Below, piece after piece: positions 25,321 to 25,880 of a DNA stretch of 25,880 bases. Position numbers and translations under genes: made by a program. Origin of the DNA: Vulcanimicrobiaceae bacterium (GTDB taxonomy: Bacteria; Vulcanimicrobiota; Vulcanimicrobiia; Vulcanimicrobiales; Vulcanimicrobiaceae). Under the pieces are notes generated by a model. It had not been told where the DNA came from and did not search any database. It saw nothing but the letters and a program-made list of their open reading frames with translations. The DNA is taken from assembly GCA_046262595.1 (NCBI GenBank), contig JBHEMM010000010.1, positions 11,603-37,482 of the forward strand. The letters are read 5' to 3'. Position 1 is the stretch's first letter. Every line of letters begins with the position of its first letter.

Positions 25321-25880
25321 GCGCGATATCGCCGGACGTCAAAGCCATCGCCGACGCCGTGCTCTACGAAGGCTTTCTGCTTTTCCCGTACAAGCCCAGT
25401 GCGGTCAAGAACCGCATGCCTTGGCAGTTCGGTGTGCTGATGCCGCTGGACTACGCGGACGCAAGCGAGGCGACCGTCATGCGTTCGCAGATGCTTACGC
25501 GCGTGCGCGACGGCGATGCAAGCGTCGACGTGCTCGCGCGTTTTCTGCAGCAAACCGCCAGCGGTCCCCTCGAGCACGAGGTGCCGCTGCACGCGCCGCT
25601 TCGCGAGGGCCGTACCGAGCTGCCCTTCGAAGCGGACGTTCTTCGAGGCCTGCTCATCGTAGAGATCGAGCGCGACGGCGCGTATTGCCGCATAACGCTG
25701 GGCTTGGAGAACCGCGCGCACACGCATGCTGCGGCAAACCGCAACGAAGCGCTGGAACGCGCGCTGATCGCCGGCCTCGCGCCGTCCGACGGCGCGATCC
25801 AGCTGTTGCTCGCCGAGCTGACGAGCCACCTGCGCGCGCTGCTGCGCGACGTGCTCTGCGGCCACCTGGACTCCGACCTG
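25317..25880 (+). CDS. Group 1h hydrogenase-associated conserved protein, 3'-partial
   Basis: GTGA overlap. Translates as MSAISPDVKAIADAVLYEGFLLFPYKPSAVKNRMPWQFGVLMP... and stays open to the window edge, so it is absent from the ORF track. The last ~110 bp may be foreign. Confidence 0.8.
   Translation, partial: MSAISPDVKAIADAVLYEGFLLFPYKPSAVKNRMPWQFGVLMPLDYADASEATVMRSQMLTRVRDGDASVDVLARFLQQTASGPLEHEVPLHAPLREGRTELPFEADVLRGLLIVEIERDGAYCRITLGLENRAHTHAAANRNEALERALIAGLAPSDGAIQLLLAELTSHLRALLRDVLCGHLDSDL

Noticed and set aside
1..25880. CRISPR array, rRNA, transposase or phage genes
   Set aside because: No regularly spaced repeats or corresponding motifs were seen.

Overview
GC-rich, very compact bacterial chromosome segment. 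The gene set and protein style suggest a soil trace-gas oxidiser such as Ca. Eremiobacterota; this is an inference, not verified. The left part is mostly housekeeping: partial tyrS, hslO, aroQ, HU, tRNA-Pro(GGG), a TipA/Mta-like MerR regulator, RNase HI, a deacetylase, GNAT, NUDIX, two glycosyltransferases, threonine aldolase, a Crp/Fnr regulator and a DHA2 MFS pump. A ~1.5-kb integrase-less islet carrying an intradiol-dioxygenase-like gene sits in tRNA-Pro between 42-bp att-like repeats. The right part is a metal/redox block. It has an unusual single-ORF fusion of a secreted two-domain multicopper oxidase with a ZIP metal transporter, an NADP oxidoreductase, an omega-class GST-like gene and marC. 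Then hypA-hypB-NiCoT is transcribed divergently from hemerythrin-hhyS-hhyL-NifU-like and three conserved accessory genes of a group 1h (high-affinity, atmospheric H2) [NiFe]-hydrogenase. The first ~108 bp encode a C5 DNA methyltransferase fragment joined into the middle of tyrS, and the last ~110 bp also look foreign, so both ends may be chimeric. All family calls come from motif recognition by eye; no searches were run.
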